From positions 138,756-202,755 of the forward strand of contig CALSSN010000008.1 of the NCBI GenBank assembly GCA_943789025.1: 64,000 nucleotides of DNA. The letters are read 5' to 3'. The first letter of the stretch is position 1; the number at the start of each line of letters is the position of its first letter. Made by a program: the position numbers and the translations under genes. Below, piece after piece: positions 53,278 through 63,679 of the stretch. Source of the stretch: an uncultured Verrucomicrobiales bacterium (GTDB lineage Bacteria > Verrucomicrobiota > Verrucomicrobiia > Verrucomicrobiales > DEV007). A model generated the notes under the pieces. The model was not told where the DNA came from, did not search any database, and saw nothing but the letters and a program-made list of their open reading frames with translations.

Positions 53278-54549
53278 CTGAAATTTCTCATCATCACAGG
53301 AATTTTCCCACCGGATATCGGTGGCCCGGCTTCCTACGTGCCAGAGGTGGCCTCGCACCTCGTCGCGCAGGGTCACGCCGTGTCAGTACTCACCTTGACC
53401 GACCCCGGGGCGGTCGACCCGGCCTCCGATCAGGTGCGCTACTCATTTCCCGTTGTTCGCATTCCACGCTGGTCGGGCTGGAAGCGGCTGCTGCGCATTC
53501 CTCTTACCATCTTCTCGATCGTCCGGCACGGACGCGGAGCGGATCTGCTTTACGTCAACGGGCTTGCCCTCGAAAGCTGTCTTGCCCGCCGGCTGATCCG
53601 CAAGCCGATGGTCATGAAGGTGGTCGGAGACCTCGCCTGGGAGCGCGCTCGGACCCAGGGGCTGACCCAGCTCAATCTCGATGAATTTCAGCGGGTGGCG
53701 AGCGACTCGCCGGGGGCATCCCAGGCAGCGGTGTCGCCGACGCTGCCGACGCTGCCCGGGAAAGTCCGGCGGACCGCGGCCCTGCGCTCGTGGTGGACCC
53801 GCCAGGCAGACCTGGTCATCGTGCCGAGTCGCTACCTCGGGCGGATCGTGGCAGGGTGGGGCCTTGACCCGGGTAAGATCGAGGTGGTCTACAACGGGGT
53901 GGCGGCGCCGGAAGACCTGACCGGTTCGGCTGCAGAGCTTCCCGCTTCTTTTGCGGGCCGGAAGCTGCTGGTCACCGTTGGGCGGCTGGTTGCCTGGAAA
54001 CACGTCGATCGATTGATCGAGGCAGTGGCAGAGCTCGATGAGGTGGCGCTGGTTGTAGTTGGCGACGGACCCCTTAAGCAGCAGTTGCAGACCCTGGCCG
54101 AGAGCGCAGGGGGCGGGGTGGGGGAGCGGGTGCATTTTGCCGGCCAGGTGACGCAGCAAGAGGCCATGGGCTGGATGAAGCGGGCGGACCTTGTGGTGCT
54201 TAATTCCACCTACGAGGGCCTGCCTCACGTCATCGTGGAAGCCTGCCTGCTGGGCAAGGCGGTGGCCGCCACCGATGCCGGGGGCACCTTCGAGGTGCTG
54301 GAGGACTATCCGGGTGCCACTCGGCTCGAGCCGGGTGATTCGGTTGGCGGCCTGGTCGGGCAGCTCAAAGAGGCCCTCTTGGGGCTTCCGTCGGCACGCG
54401 AGGAAGATGCTCAATCCTCGCCGCAGTCACACGCCTTTTCACGGAAGACCCTGTTCTCGCGGGAGAGCATGCTGTCGCGAACTACGGAACTCTTGGTGGC
54501 TGCCTTGGAGGGTTCGCCTGTTGCGCGGAGTCGAGCCCCGGAGCAGTGA
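53278..54549 (+). CDS. Glycosyltransferase family 4 (GT-B fold)
   Basis: The ORF track starts at GTG 53338. However, the conserved N-terminal strand KFLIITGIFPPDIGGPASYV lies in-frame upstream (53281-53337). The only start-like codon after the in-frame stop (53254-53256) is CTG 53278, preceded by GAAAGGGG. C-terminal E..G.P..EA motif present. Confidence 0.75.
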   Translation: MKFLIITGIFPPDIGGPASYVPEVASHLVAQGHAVSVLTLTDPGAVDPASDQVRYSFPVVRIPRWSGWKRLLRIPLTIFSIVRHGRGADLLYVNGLALESCLARRLIRKPMVMKVVGDLAWERARTQGLTQLNLDEFQRVASDSPGASQAAVSPTLPTLPGKVRRTAALRSWWTRQADLVIVPSRYLGRIVAGWGLDPGKIEVVYNGVAAPEDLTGSAAELPASFAGRKLLVTVGRLVAWKHVDRLIEAVAELDEVALVVVGDGPLKQQLQTLAESAGGGVGERVHFAGQVTQQEAMGWMKRADLVVLNSTYEGLPHVIVEACLLGKAVAATDAGGTFEVLEDYPGATRLEPGDSVGGLVGQLKEALLGLPSAREEDAQSSPQSHAFSRKTLFSRESMLSRTTELLVAALEGSPVARSRAPEQ

Positions 54550-54968
54550 GACCACTTCAGGAGTGACATTGATAAAACCGATCAGAGAGTTTTCTTCCTG
54601 AGCAGGCGCGGCGAACAAGTGGGGCAAGCCCCGAGATGACGACGCATCACCCTCAGGGAAAAAGACATCGGTCAGTCAGGAGACGAGGCGCGAAGTACTG
54701 CGCTCGGAGACTTGCCAGTCCACGCGTTTTACCGGGATCATGGGATGCATGGTCTTGCCTCTGGAAGATGAGGTCCATGCACATCAAAAAATAGCGTTCA
54801 TTTTTTCTTGAACAATTTGACCGGATGGTATAGAGATCTATTCGACAGCTGTTGTGCACGTGACTGTTCAGGGTATTACGGTGCTTTTTTTTACCGGATT
54901 CGCGGTGCTGCTGAGGCAGCTGACCGGGGGCGGTAGCTTGCCACAAGGTTGAGGCAAAAAGGTTTTGC

Positions 54969-55643
54969 ATGTCTTCCGATGCACCAGTCAGGCTTCCAGC
55001 CGCAATCATTTTCGATTTTGACGGCACCTTGGTCGATTCGAACGGGCCGAAGGAAGCTGCCTTCTACGAGCTCGCCCGCCAACAGAATCCGAAAGGCGAC
55101 GATCGATCGGGTGTCGAGGCCATGCGAGCCGTGATGACAGAATTCGGTAAAGAGAGCCGGTATGTGATCCTCCAGAAGTGGCTGGAACGATGTGAGTGGA
55201 GTTTTGCTGACCAGGCTGCGATCGAGCAGGAAGTGAGAAGACTCGCTGCAGCTTACGATGAGCTTGTGGTAGCCGCGGCGGTATCGTGTGCCCCGATGCC
55301 CGGTGCCTTGGCCCTTTTGGAAACCTGGTGTGGCCGTCTTCCCTTGTTTGTCAGCTCGGTGACTCCTCATGATTCACTGGAGCGCATCCTGCGGCAGCGT
55401 GAATGGACGCACTATTTCCAGCGCTGGTCGGGTTATCCGGCCAACAAGAGCGAAACAGTTCGGCAGATCTCGAGTGAATTGGGGGTGCCTGTGCAACAAC
55501 TTCTCGTTGTGGGTGACGGCCCTTCCGACGAGCGCTCGGCTACGGAAACCGGGGCAGATTTCTGGCCGGCGGGTAGTCCCGAAGCTCTGCTGCAGCTGGA
55601 GCAGAGACTGAACGGAGCTCGAAAAGAAAATAAATCTCGTTGA
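54969..55643 (+). CDS. HAD-superfamily hydrolase
   Basis: 224 aa. Motif I IIFDFDGTLVDS and the C-terminal VGDGPSDE motif. Confidence 0.8.
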   Translation: MSSDAPVRLPAAIIFDFDGTLVDSNGPKEAAFYELARQQNPKGDDRSGVEAMRAVMTEFGKESRYVILQKWLERCEWSFADQAAIEQEVRRLAAAYDELVVAAAVSCAPMPGALALLETWCGRLPLFVSSVTPHDSLERILRQREWTHYFQRWSGYPANKSETVRQISSELGVPVQQLLVVGDGPSDERSATETGADFWPAGSPEALLQLEQRLNGARKENKSR

Positions 55644-55717
55644 TGTCGCGGTAATCGGTTTGTGACATCGGAAGTTCACTGACCATCGCGTAATCACGCT
55701 CTTTGCGAGGCGAATCC

Positions 55718-56240
55718 ATGGTGCAATCCACCCACACAGCGCAAACCGAACTCACGGAACTCGAGCTCGAGTCGATCGAGTACTTTGTCTCGTTTGTGCA
55801 GATGCTGGGTTACCCCAAGTCGGTGGGAGAAATTTACGGGGTGCTGTTTGTTTCCCGCAGGCCGATGGCGCTTGATGATGTCGTCGAGCGGCTCTGCAAT
55901 CAGCAAGGGCAGCGCCAGCCAGGGCCTGGGTGTGCTGCGCAGCCTGGGCGCCATCAAGCTGGTCTATGTCGCCGGTGACCGGCGCGACCATTACGAGGCC
56001 GACTTCAACCTCGGGCGCATCGCCAACCGCTTCTTTAACGAGAAACTCGCTCCGCTTCTAGAGAACGGCATCGGACGCATCGAGCGCATGGAGTCGCTTG
56101 CGGCCGAGCACCTGGTGGCCGACGAAGATTTCGAAAAGTCGCATCCCGCTCCGCTGCGCATCCGGGCCTTGCGGAAGTGGCAGAGGCGGGGACAGACATT
56201 CATGCCGATGATTCTCAGGTTTCTCGGCAAACGGAAGTAG
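55718..56240 (+). pseudogene. GbsR/MarR-type winged-helix transcriptional regulator, frame broken near 55895-55900
   Basis: ORF 55703..55978 gives ...IEYFVSFVQMLGYPKSVGEIYGVLFVSRRPMALDDVVERL. The recognition-helix continuation ISKGSASQGLGVLRSLGAIKLVYVAGDRRDHYEA is in the +1 frame (ORF 55785..56240). Confidence 0.7.
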
Positions 56241-56285
56241 CTGTCGGGTGATCCCGGCCGGGATAAAGACGTGAATCGATAAAGT

Positions 56286-58027
56286 ATGTCGATCTATAAA
56301 AAAGCTCTCATTTTCCTTCTGGTCACCGGGATTGTCGGGAACGCATCGTATCGAGCTGGAAAGTCGAAGGCGCGCGACAAGCGCGAGGACCTGCGCCAGA
56401 ATCTCGCTGAAGTCAAAGTAGAACGTGAAAAGGAGCGAGAGCGCCGCAAGAAAAGTGAGCGTGCTCTAAAGAAAAGCAGGCATGAAAGTGGCGGTGGCGA
56501 AGCGCTCGAGCATCTCCGGCAGGAAAGGGACGCTCTGCAGACACGGCTGAACTACTATCTGACTGCCCTCGGGAACGAGAAAAAGATCGAGAAGCGCATC
56601 AAGGAAGAACGGCGGACAATCTTTTTCGAGAACGACAAGCCGTTCCGCTGGGGGCACCGGGACTATTCCTGTTGGAAAGTCCTGACCGAGTGCGCATTGC
56701 CGGATCCGGCCAAGGCACCGTACACGGATTGTCTGCTGGTGATCGAGGCGCAGGAAGTCGATCTCGCTGTTTCGTCTGAAGCCGATGCCGGAAAGAGCCG
56801 GGTGGTGCGCATGGTGCTTCCCGGATTTGCTGATCGTCGGCCAAAGACCGGAATGATCTTGAGAAAAGGCGACCTTTTTCAGTGTCAGATTTTTTCCCCG
56901 GATGAGTTGCCCGAATCGCTACTGTCCACCCAGACCGTGGACAGCACGGAGCGCTTCGACTTCGACACTTTCGTGGCTATGACAATACACCGCTGCGAAG
57001 GCCTTCCGGAACGCTACGCCCCACCGTCGGACTTTGCGGCAAACGCGAAGCTATCCAGAGAACAAGCAATCCGGCGCGATCGGGAGAAATTCCAGAACTG
57101 GCTTGCCGAGCACGGGGGAAGTCTGGAGGCACTTATCGAGGAAAAAGCCGCGTTGCTGCCGGAGATTCGATCGCGGCTCGAGAAAGCCGGTGGCATTCTT
57201 AACGAGGATCGAATGAGCTTCACCCAAGTGCCGGAGGGTTCCGGTGTGTCGGATGGTTGGGAAAAACAGCCTCTGGCAGTGATCCGCTCCTTTCACGAGC
57301 AGATGCAGGCACGCGGTATCGACCTGATCGTCTGTCCCATTCCCGAGAAGGAACTCATCGTCGGCCCGGCTTTTTTCGACGAGCCGCTTCTCGATGCCCA
57401 ACGCTACCGGATTTACCAGAAATTGTGGCAGGAAGGAATCGAGATCATCGACCTTCTGCCCACGATTCATGAGCGTGCCGTTGAATTCGACTGGCTGATG
57501 TATGACGGCAGGGACCAGCACCCTGCCGACGGCGTCATTCGCATCGCGGCCGATAGAATCGCCGAGCGCCTGTTTCGTTACGGCTTCGTGGAGTCGGCTG
57601 AACGCAACTGCCTGCAGGTCCCCTTGTCGTTCGGACTTAGGGACGAGGATAAAGATTTTCCCGATTCGGCCTACCTGCCGAATGCCTACTCGGCCACCCG
57701 AGTGCTCCGCGCGAATGGCCAGCCGGTTTCCATGTTTGATCCTCCGCCGCGCAACTCTCCTGTCCTGCTGGCGGGCGACAGTTTCACCATGGTGCCGTTC
57801 TTCTACGGGCTGGATGGGGGTGACGTCCTGGCGCAGTTGACCTTGCGCACGGGGGTGGAGGCGCTGCGTCCTCTATGTCGGCGGCGGGGGGCCTGAGATG
57901 CTGAAGCAGCTGGGCCGTCAACGGCCGGAGATTTCTCGTGGGCCGGAAAGTGGTGATTTTCTGCTTTGCGGAACGCTATCTGTTCAAGGCTGACAAGTGG
58001 CAGGGTGTCGATATTCCAAAAAAGTAA
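56286..58027 (+). pseudogene. AlgJ/AlgX-like (SGNH-like, polysaccharide O-acetylation family) protein with frameshifted 3' end
   Basis: ORF 56286..57896 is intact for 536 aa (anchor, coiled coil, DLIVCPIPEK, DQHPADGV, LLAGDSFT). The family-typical C-terminus continues in two other frames: YVGGGGPEMLKQLGRQRPEI, then GRKVVIFCFAERYLFKADKWQGVDIPKK* ending at 58027. Confidence 0.55.
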
Positions 58028-58129
58028 GGTGCGGCGGATGCCGAAGAGTAAAAATTTCTGAGTCCCGAAAGGGCTGGCCAGTAGAAATTTAGTTTGCCGC
58101 ACCTGAAAGAGGGCAATCAATTTTGCATC

Positions 58130-60112
58130 ATGTCTGATAAAGGCGTTCTCAAAAAACGGCACTCGGAAGCGTACCGGATTCTGAATCCACGGCGGCGCAC
58201 TGCAGTTCTTTTGCGTTGATGTTGCTGGCTTCATGTGTTCACGGGCAGCGTCCAGGTCGCCAGGCCTTGGGCGCGGTGTTGGCCTTTCCTCAACCTCATG
58301 CTCGATCCGGTGGGCAATTGGGAAGTACAGTGTATCTTGGTGTTCGGCTGCAGGAGCGGATTCTGCGATGGTCCTCGGCTAATTCGTATTGCTCCTTGCT
58401 GAGTGGGAGCAGGTCGCTCTGTGGCTTTTTCTGTGCTGGGCATAGCGCATGAAGCTCTGTCGTCCAGTTACTGGATCACAATGTTTACGCGCAGCACTGC
58501 GTGGTGGCGCTCGGTGGTGAGCTCATGGAGGACTTTCTGCAGACCCGCTTATCTGGATTACCTCAAGCTAAGCACGGCTGGTGGTGGGTCAGAAGATTAA
58601 CTGCAAACCTTGTCTGTTTTTGTTGGGTCATATATAAAGAGTTGGCTGAGCTCTGATTCGGTCAGTGCATTCTATGCTGATTTTTGTGGCAGGTCCGCCG
58701 TCGTTTATGTTTCGCCTCTGCTGGCATTGGGTTTCGGCATCGTGTTTGGTGCCTTTTACTGGTTTTTACCTGGCGATGTACTGTTTCGTGAAGCCCAAAC
58801 TGCGCTGGATCGGAAGGGAAGAGATGGAAAGCCATGCGCTCATGCGAGGTCAGGTGCATCAATGAGGTCGTCTGGGGGTTCAAGGAAATCAATATTCTCG
58901 GGACCGGGCCGGCATTTGCAGGAAGACCGATACAGTTATGCCCGCGCACGAGGACGCCTGACTTCGCGTGTGCGTTAAGCAAGAAGCAGGTGTACAGCTC
59001 TGTCCCACCCGCCTTCATTCATGCTGATCACCGATGGTGGCGTTGTTTGGTTATCCTTGGTCGGCACGTATGCTCAGTCCGGCGTTTCGCTGTGCCTCCA
59101 ATGTCGCGATCTCCTTGGCATTTGTCGGCTTTGGCAAGTCGGCAAGTTAATTCCGGCGGCCAACGGCAGTGCTTCGGTCTCTGCAGAGCAATTAAGACGT
59201 CGGAGGAAATTGCGGAGCGCTACGTGACGTTATTCTGGCTGGATGAGAAAGCCGAGTAGAGCAAACTGATGGCGGATCCAAGGCAGTCGTCAAGTGATTT
59301 AAGATGAGTGCACGAGCTCGTTACCGTGCGAAAATCAATGGACTTTCCTTTGAGGAGTCTGATTGCTTTTCGATGATCTTACGTTTCGCTTACCCGGGAC
59401 GCGACTCGGGCCGGAGTGTCTTCGCGATCGACCTTGAGATTCCGAAGAAATACCTCGGTGGCTTTCGTAGGGTTCGACAGGCGCCGGAAAGTCCACAGCT
59501 GGCCGACATTCTCCTGGGTGTCTTACGTCCCCAGCAGGAGGGTAGTTTGGTCGGTCGATGGAGAATGCCTGTTTGCGGGGACCGTAATTTGATAGCGGCT
59601 GTGGCAGCAGGAAGATCGGTTACGTGCCGCAGTCTATTTTTCTTTCAAGGGCCAGTGTTCGTGAGAATATTGCGCTCGGTCTTCCGGCTTCTGAGATCGA
59701 TGACGAACTGGTAGAGGCGGCGGCGCGTTCCGCGCAGATTCATGAGTTTGTTACATCCGAACTTCCGGAAGGTTACGATACGAAAATCGGTGAGCGTGGT
59801 ATGCGGATCAGTGGTGGCCAGCGCCAGCGGATCGGCATTGCGCGTGCGCTTGTATCACCAGCCGGATGTCATGATTTTCGATGAGGCGACCAGCGCGCTC
59901 GATAACGAAACCGAGGCGGCTGTTATGGAAGCGATTGATGCCATGGCCGGTAAAAAGACGGTTGTTCTGATCGCGCATCGCCTGAGCACTGTGCAGCATT
60001 GTGAGCAGGTCATTGTGCTGGATAAGGGAAGAATAGTGGCGAGAGGGAAATTTTCGCTCAACTCTCGCAGAAGCCGGGGGTCTTTCGGGATATGTTGCGT
60101 GGTTCCGCTTAG
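58130..60112 (+). pseudogene. Fused TMD-NBD ABC exporter (MsbA-like), heavily frameshifted
   Basis: Recognisable pieces are scattered over all three forward frames. These include MSDKGVLKKRHSEAYRILNPRRRTAVLL (from ATG 58130), INEVVWGFKEINILG, Walker A split as TSVAFVG / STGAGKST / LADILLGV within 59453-59525, ISGGQRQRIGIARAL, then YHQPDVMIFDEATSALD...LIAHRLSTV, and the final GEREIFAQLSQKPGVFRDMLRGSA* (stop 60110-60112). Confidence 0.7.
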
Positions 60113-60155
60113 GCATGGCGCTTTGAGTTTTCTCTGTCTGTATCTTGTATTTCTC

Positions 60156-61143
60156 ATGCTTCTTGTCTCCACCAACCTATCCTTTCTTCCTGACCTGGCT
60201 GAAGCAGTCCGCATCTCGGGCGGATTTCAACGCAAAGATTCATTCAGGGCGAGTCGTCGAGTCGCAGAGCGTTGTCCTGTGTTGTCCATCCCATCCTTTC
60301 CGTGCCTGGATCTGCAGTCCCTGCCCAACGTTTACCAGCTTGGACGGCGACTTGCTTGGTCATCTGTCCTTCGCTGGAACTTAGTGGTCACCCCCTCCAC
60401 CGGTACCAACCACATCGACGTGGCCTGGTGCGAGGCCAACGGCATTGCCGTGCGGTCCCTGCGCGGCAGCGAGGTGGTGGACTCCATCACCGCTTCCTCG
60501 GAATTCACTTTTGCTCTCATGCTGGCGATGCTGCGTTCTCTGCCTCAGTCAGCAAAAGGGGCACTCAGAGGCGAGTGGCGAGAAGTGGAGGACCGTTACC
60601 GGGGCAGGGAAATGAGTTCCCTCACCCTTGGTATCATCGGTCTGGGCCGTATCGGTTCGAACGTGGCGCGCTATGCCCAGGCCATGGGAACCAGGATTAT
60701 GGCACATGATCCGTATCGGGACAGCGACAGGGTCTGGCCGGACTATGTCGAGCGGGTGGACAATCTGGATAGTCTGCTCGAATCGAGTGACGTGGTGCAG
60801 GTTTCGGTGCATCTTGCCCAGAAGACCGCGGGAATGATCGACTCCGCTGTGTTTGCGAAAATGAAGCAGGGAAGCTTCTTTGTTGAATACGTCACGGGGG
60901 GAGATCGTGGTGGAAGAAGATCTGATCGCGGCGCTGGATTCCGGTCGGCTTAAGGCAGCTGCGGTCGATGTAATTCAGGGCGAACTGGATCCGGACAAGG
61001 AATCCAGTCTATTGATCCGGTATGCCCGGGAGCACGACAATCTATTGATTACCCCTCACATAGCGGGATTGACCTACGATTCGGAGCGGAAGGCTGCCGA
61101 GTTTGCTCTGGCCGCTGTCAGGGATCACTTGGAAATATTGTAG
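60156..61143 (+). pseudogene. D-isomer-specific 2-hydroxyacid dehydrogenase family, frameshifted
   Basis: VVTPSTGTNHIDV and the NAD site GIIGLGRIGSNVA are in one frame (tail of ORF 59742..60953). LNTSRGEIVVEEDL and ITPHIAGLT are in another (ORF 60880..61143), with the break near 60880-60890. The N-terminal part also seems to hop frames (SLDGDLLGHLS in a third frame). Confidence 0.65.
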
Positions 61144-61159
61144 GAACCGTGCATCATCT

Positions 61160-61828
61160 ATGAAACTTCCAGAAATCTCCGTCATCGTTTGTTGTTTCAA
61201 CCATGCCAAATGGATCGAGCGCTGCATTCGCAGTCTGAACCACCAGCAGCATATGGAAGGCATCGGTTTCGAGGTGGTCGTGCTGGATGACGGGAGCTCG
61301 GACGAGAGTGTCGATGTGGTGCAGAACCTGGACGTCATTCCCAATCTCCGGATCATCGAGCAGGATGAGAACAAAGGATTGCCGGCATCTCTCAATCACG
61401 CGATTAAGAAGTCCCGGGGGCGTTATGTTGTCCGGGTGGATTCCGATGACTATCTCACCAGGGACTGTCTCTACATCATGTATCGCTATCTTCAGGCCAA
61501 CCGCAATTATCAGGCAGTAGCCGTGGATTACATCCGGGTAGACGAACTGGACAATCACACTGAGCGTGTCAATTCCTCTGAGGAACCCATCGCCTGCGGC
61601 ATCATGTTTCGTAAGGAATGTCTGTTTGAGATCGGGCTTTATGATGAGGAATTCAAAATGCGGGAAGGTCACGATCTGAGAAAGCGTTTCGAGGAGCGCT
61701 ACGCGATCGGGCATCTCGAATTTCCCTTTTACAGGTATCGTGATCACGCCTCCAACCGGACAAAAAACCGCGACGAGGTGGCCAGATATGATGCCAGGCT
61801 GACGTCGGGTGAGGCACGGGAAGAGTAG
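61160..61828 (+). CDS. Glycosyltransferase family 2
   Basis: ORF 61103..61828. The conserved start MKLPEISVIVCCFNHAKWIERCIRSL is at ATG 61160. DDGSSD and VDSDD motifs. Confidence 0.85.
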   Translation: MKLPEISVIVCCFNHAKWIERCIRSLNHQQHMEGIGFEVVVLDDGSSDESVDVVQNLDVIPNLRIIEQDENKGLPASLNHAIKKSRGRYVVRVDSDDYLTRDCLYIMYRYLQANRNYQAVAVDYIRVDELDNHTERVNSSEEPIACGIMFRKECLFEIGLYDEEFKMREGHDLRKRFEERYAIGHLEFPFYRYRDHASNRTKNRDEVARYDARLTSGEAREE

Positions 61829-61890
61829 ATGAGAATCGGCGTTATGTGGTCAGGCGGTTATGGTTTCGGCATAAAGTTTTCCAAGCAGCA

Positions 61891-62601
61891 ATGAGTTATT
61901 TGACCGTGATCGTGGCCCGGATGGGGTCTTCCCGTCTTCCGGGAAAAGGTCTCATGGAGGTCGCAGGGCGGTCCATGCTCGGCTTGCTTGTGGATCGTGT
62001 TCGTAAGAGCCGGTATGTGGAAGACATTCTTCTGCTCACAACGACCCTGGAAGAAGATGATCGCCTGGTGGAATTCGCCGACAACGAGGGATTGCTTTAC
62101 TTCAGGGGATCCGCGGATGACGTGCTCGGGAGAATCGATGCGGGTATTTCAAGCGTGGAGAAAACCTACCAGCAGGTGATTGAGATTCTTGGAGACAACC
62201 CGCTTACTGATCCGGAACTGGTAGATGACGTCGTCGAGTTTCATCTCGCGGGCGGATTCGATTACAGCGCAAATTTGACCCGGGAGTATGCAAGTGCGCC
62301 TGCCGAATTGCCTCGTTTCCCCGTTGGCGTGCGCGTCCAGGTCAGTCCGCCGGAAACGTTCCGTCGCTGTGCGCGGGAGACCGCTGATCCTGTGCACAGG
62401 GAGCACGCCACTTCGTATATTGCCGAAAATCCCGACCTGTTTCGGATCGGCTACTTTCCTGCCTCGGGAAAATGGGCCGAGGCGGCCAATGAGGACGGGT
62501 TCTACGCGGTCAATACCCGGGAGCAACTGGAGGAGATTCGCGATATCGTGAATCTCCGGGGTGCCGATGTCGGATTAAGAGAAGTCGTTTCAGGTCGTTG
62601 A
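61891..62601 (+). CDS. SpsF/acylneuraminate cytidylyltransferase-family protein
   Basis: ORF 61846..62601. The conserved start MSYLTVIVARMGSSRLPGK is at ATG 61891. Confidence 0.8.
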   Translation: MSYLTVIVARMGSSRLPGKGLMEVAGRSMLGLLVDRVRKSRYVEDILLLTTTLEEDDRLVEFADNEGLLYFRGSADDVLGRIDAGISSVEKTYQQVIEILGDNPLTDPELVDDVVEFHLAGGFDYSANLTREYASAPAELPRFPVGVRVQVSPPETFRRCARETADPVHREHATSYIAENPDLFRIGYFPASGKWAEAANEDGFYAVNTREQLEEIRDIVNLRGADVGLREVVSGR

Positions 62602-62641
62602 GCTGAGTGTTTAGGCAGTGACCCGGCGTGATAACAGAGCA

Positions 62642-63629
62642 ATGTTTCTCATAGCTGAAATCGGAGGCAATCACGAGGGAGACTTCGATTATGCTCGTCG
62701 TCTGACTGAACTGGCGTGTGCCACGCGGTGCGATGCCGTGAAGTTTCAGATTTATACCGGCGACACGCTGGTCAGCCGGGTTGCCTCGCCGGAGCGCAAT
62801 GCCCACTTCAAGAAGTTTGAGCTATCCAGAGACCAGTATCTTGAACTGGCCGGGATATGCCGGGATCAGGGTAAGGAATTCCTGGCATCTGTCTGGAACC
62901 CCGCGTCTTTTGAATGGATCGAGCCCGTGGTCAGTCGCTACAAGGTCGGTTCGGGCGACCTCACTGCCGTGCCGATTTTGGAAGCTACCGCGGCACTTGA
63001 GAAGCCTGTCATTCTTTCATGTGGGTTGGCGACCTATGATGAAATTGCCGCTGCTGTGGAGGTTCTTGAAGCGGCGTCATCCGTGTATAAGCAAGCTGAT
63101 ATGGTCAGTCTGCTCCAGTGCACCTCGATGTATCCGATACCTGCATCCGAGGCCAATCTACGGGTGATTACCGAGCTGAAGTCGCGGTTCGGCAGGCCCG
63201 TGGGGTATTCGGATCACACCGAGGGCAGCCTCGCACTTGAGAGTGCCGTTGCGCTCGGGGCGGAGATTCTGGAATTCCATTTCACCGATGAGCGTGAAGG
63301 GAAAATTTTTCGGGATCACAAGGTCTCGCTCACCCCGTCTGAGGTCGACGCTCTGGCAAACCGAGTGGCGATCGTCGAAGAATTGCGGGGAGATGCGATC
63401 AAGCGACCGACGCCCTCGGAGGTTTCCGGAGGATCACATCACCAGCTTCCGCCGTGCGATCTATCCCGCCCGGGATCTCGAGGCGGGTAGGGTCCTGGGG
63501 CCTGAGGACCTGGTGGCACTGCGGCCCCTTCAGGGAATCGATGCACGCGATTGGCACCGGGTGTTGGGTCGCACGCTTGAGGTCGCGAGACGAGAACACG
63601 AGCCGCTTTCGTGGGAGGATCTCGGATAA
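62642..63629 (+). pseudogene. NeuB/SpsE-family nonulosonic (sialic-acid-like) acid synthase, frame broken near 63415-63430
   Basis: ORF 62618..63490 (MFLIAEIGGNHEGDFDYA..., KFQ, YSDHT) loses the family pattern after KRPTPSEV. The C-terminal SAF domain (SFRRAIYPARDLEAGRVLGPEDLVALRPLQGI...) continues in the +1 frame (ORF 63237..63629). Confidence 0.75.
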
Positions 63630-63679
63630 GTCGTTCGACTGGTTTTGTCAGGAGTTCGTGAAGCCTCCCTCTGGGTAAA

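Noticed and set aside
54550-54968. 419-nt gap between GT4 and the HAD gene, with a 124-aa minus-strand ORF (54653..55027)
   Set aside because: The ORF product has no motif, is compositionally odd, and overlaps the HAD start. The region may be another decayed gene, but I cannot support any call from sequence alone.
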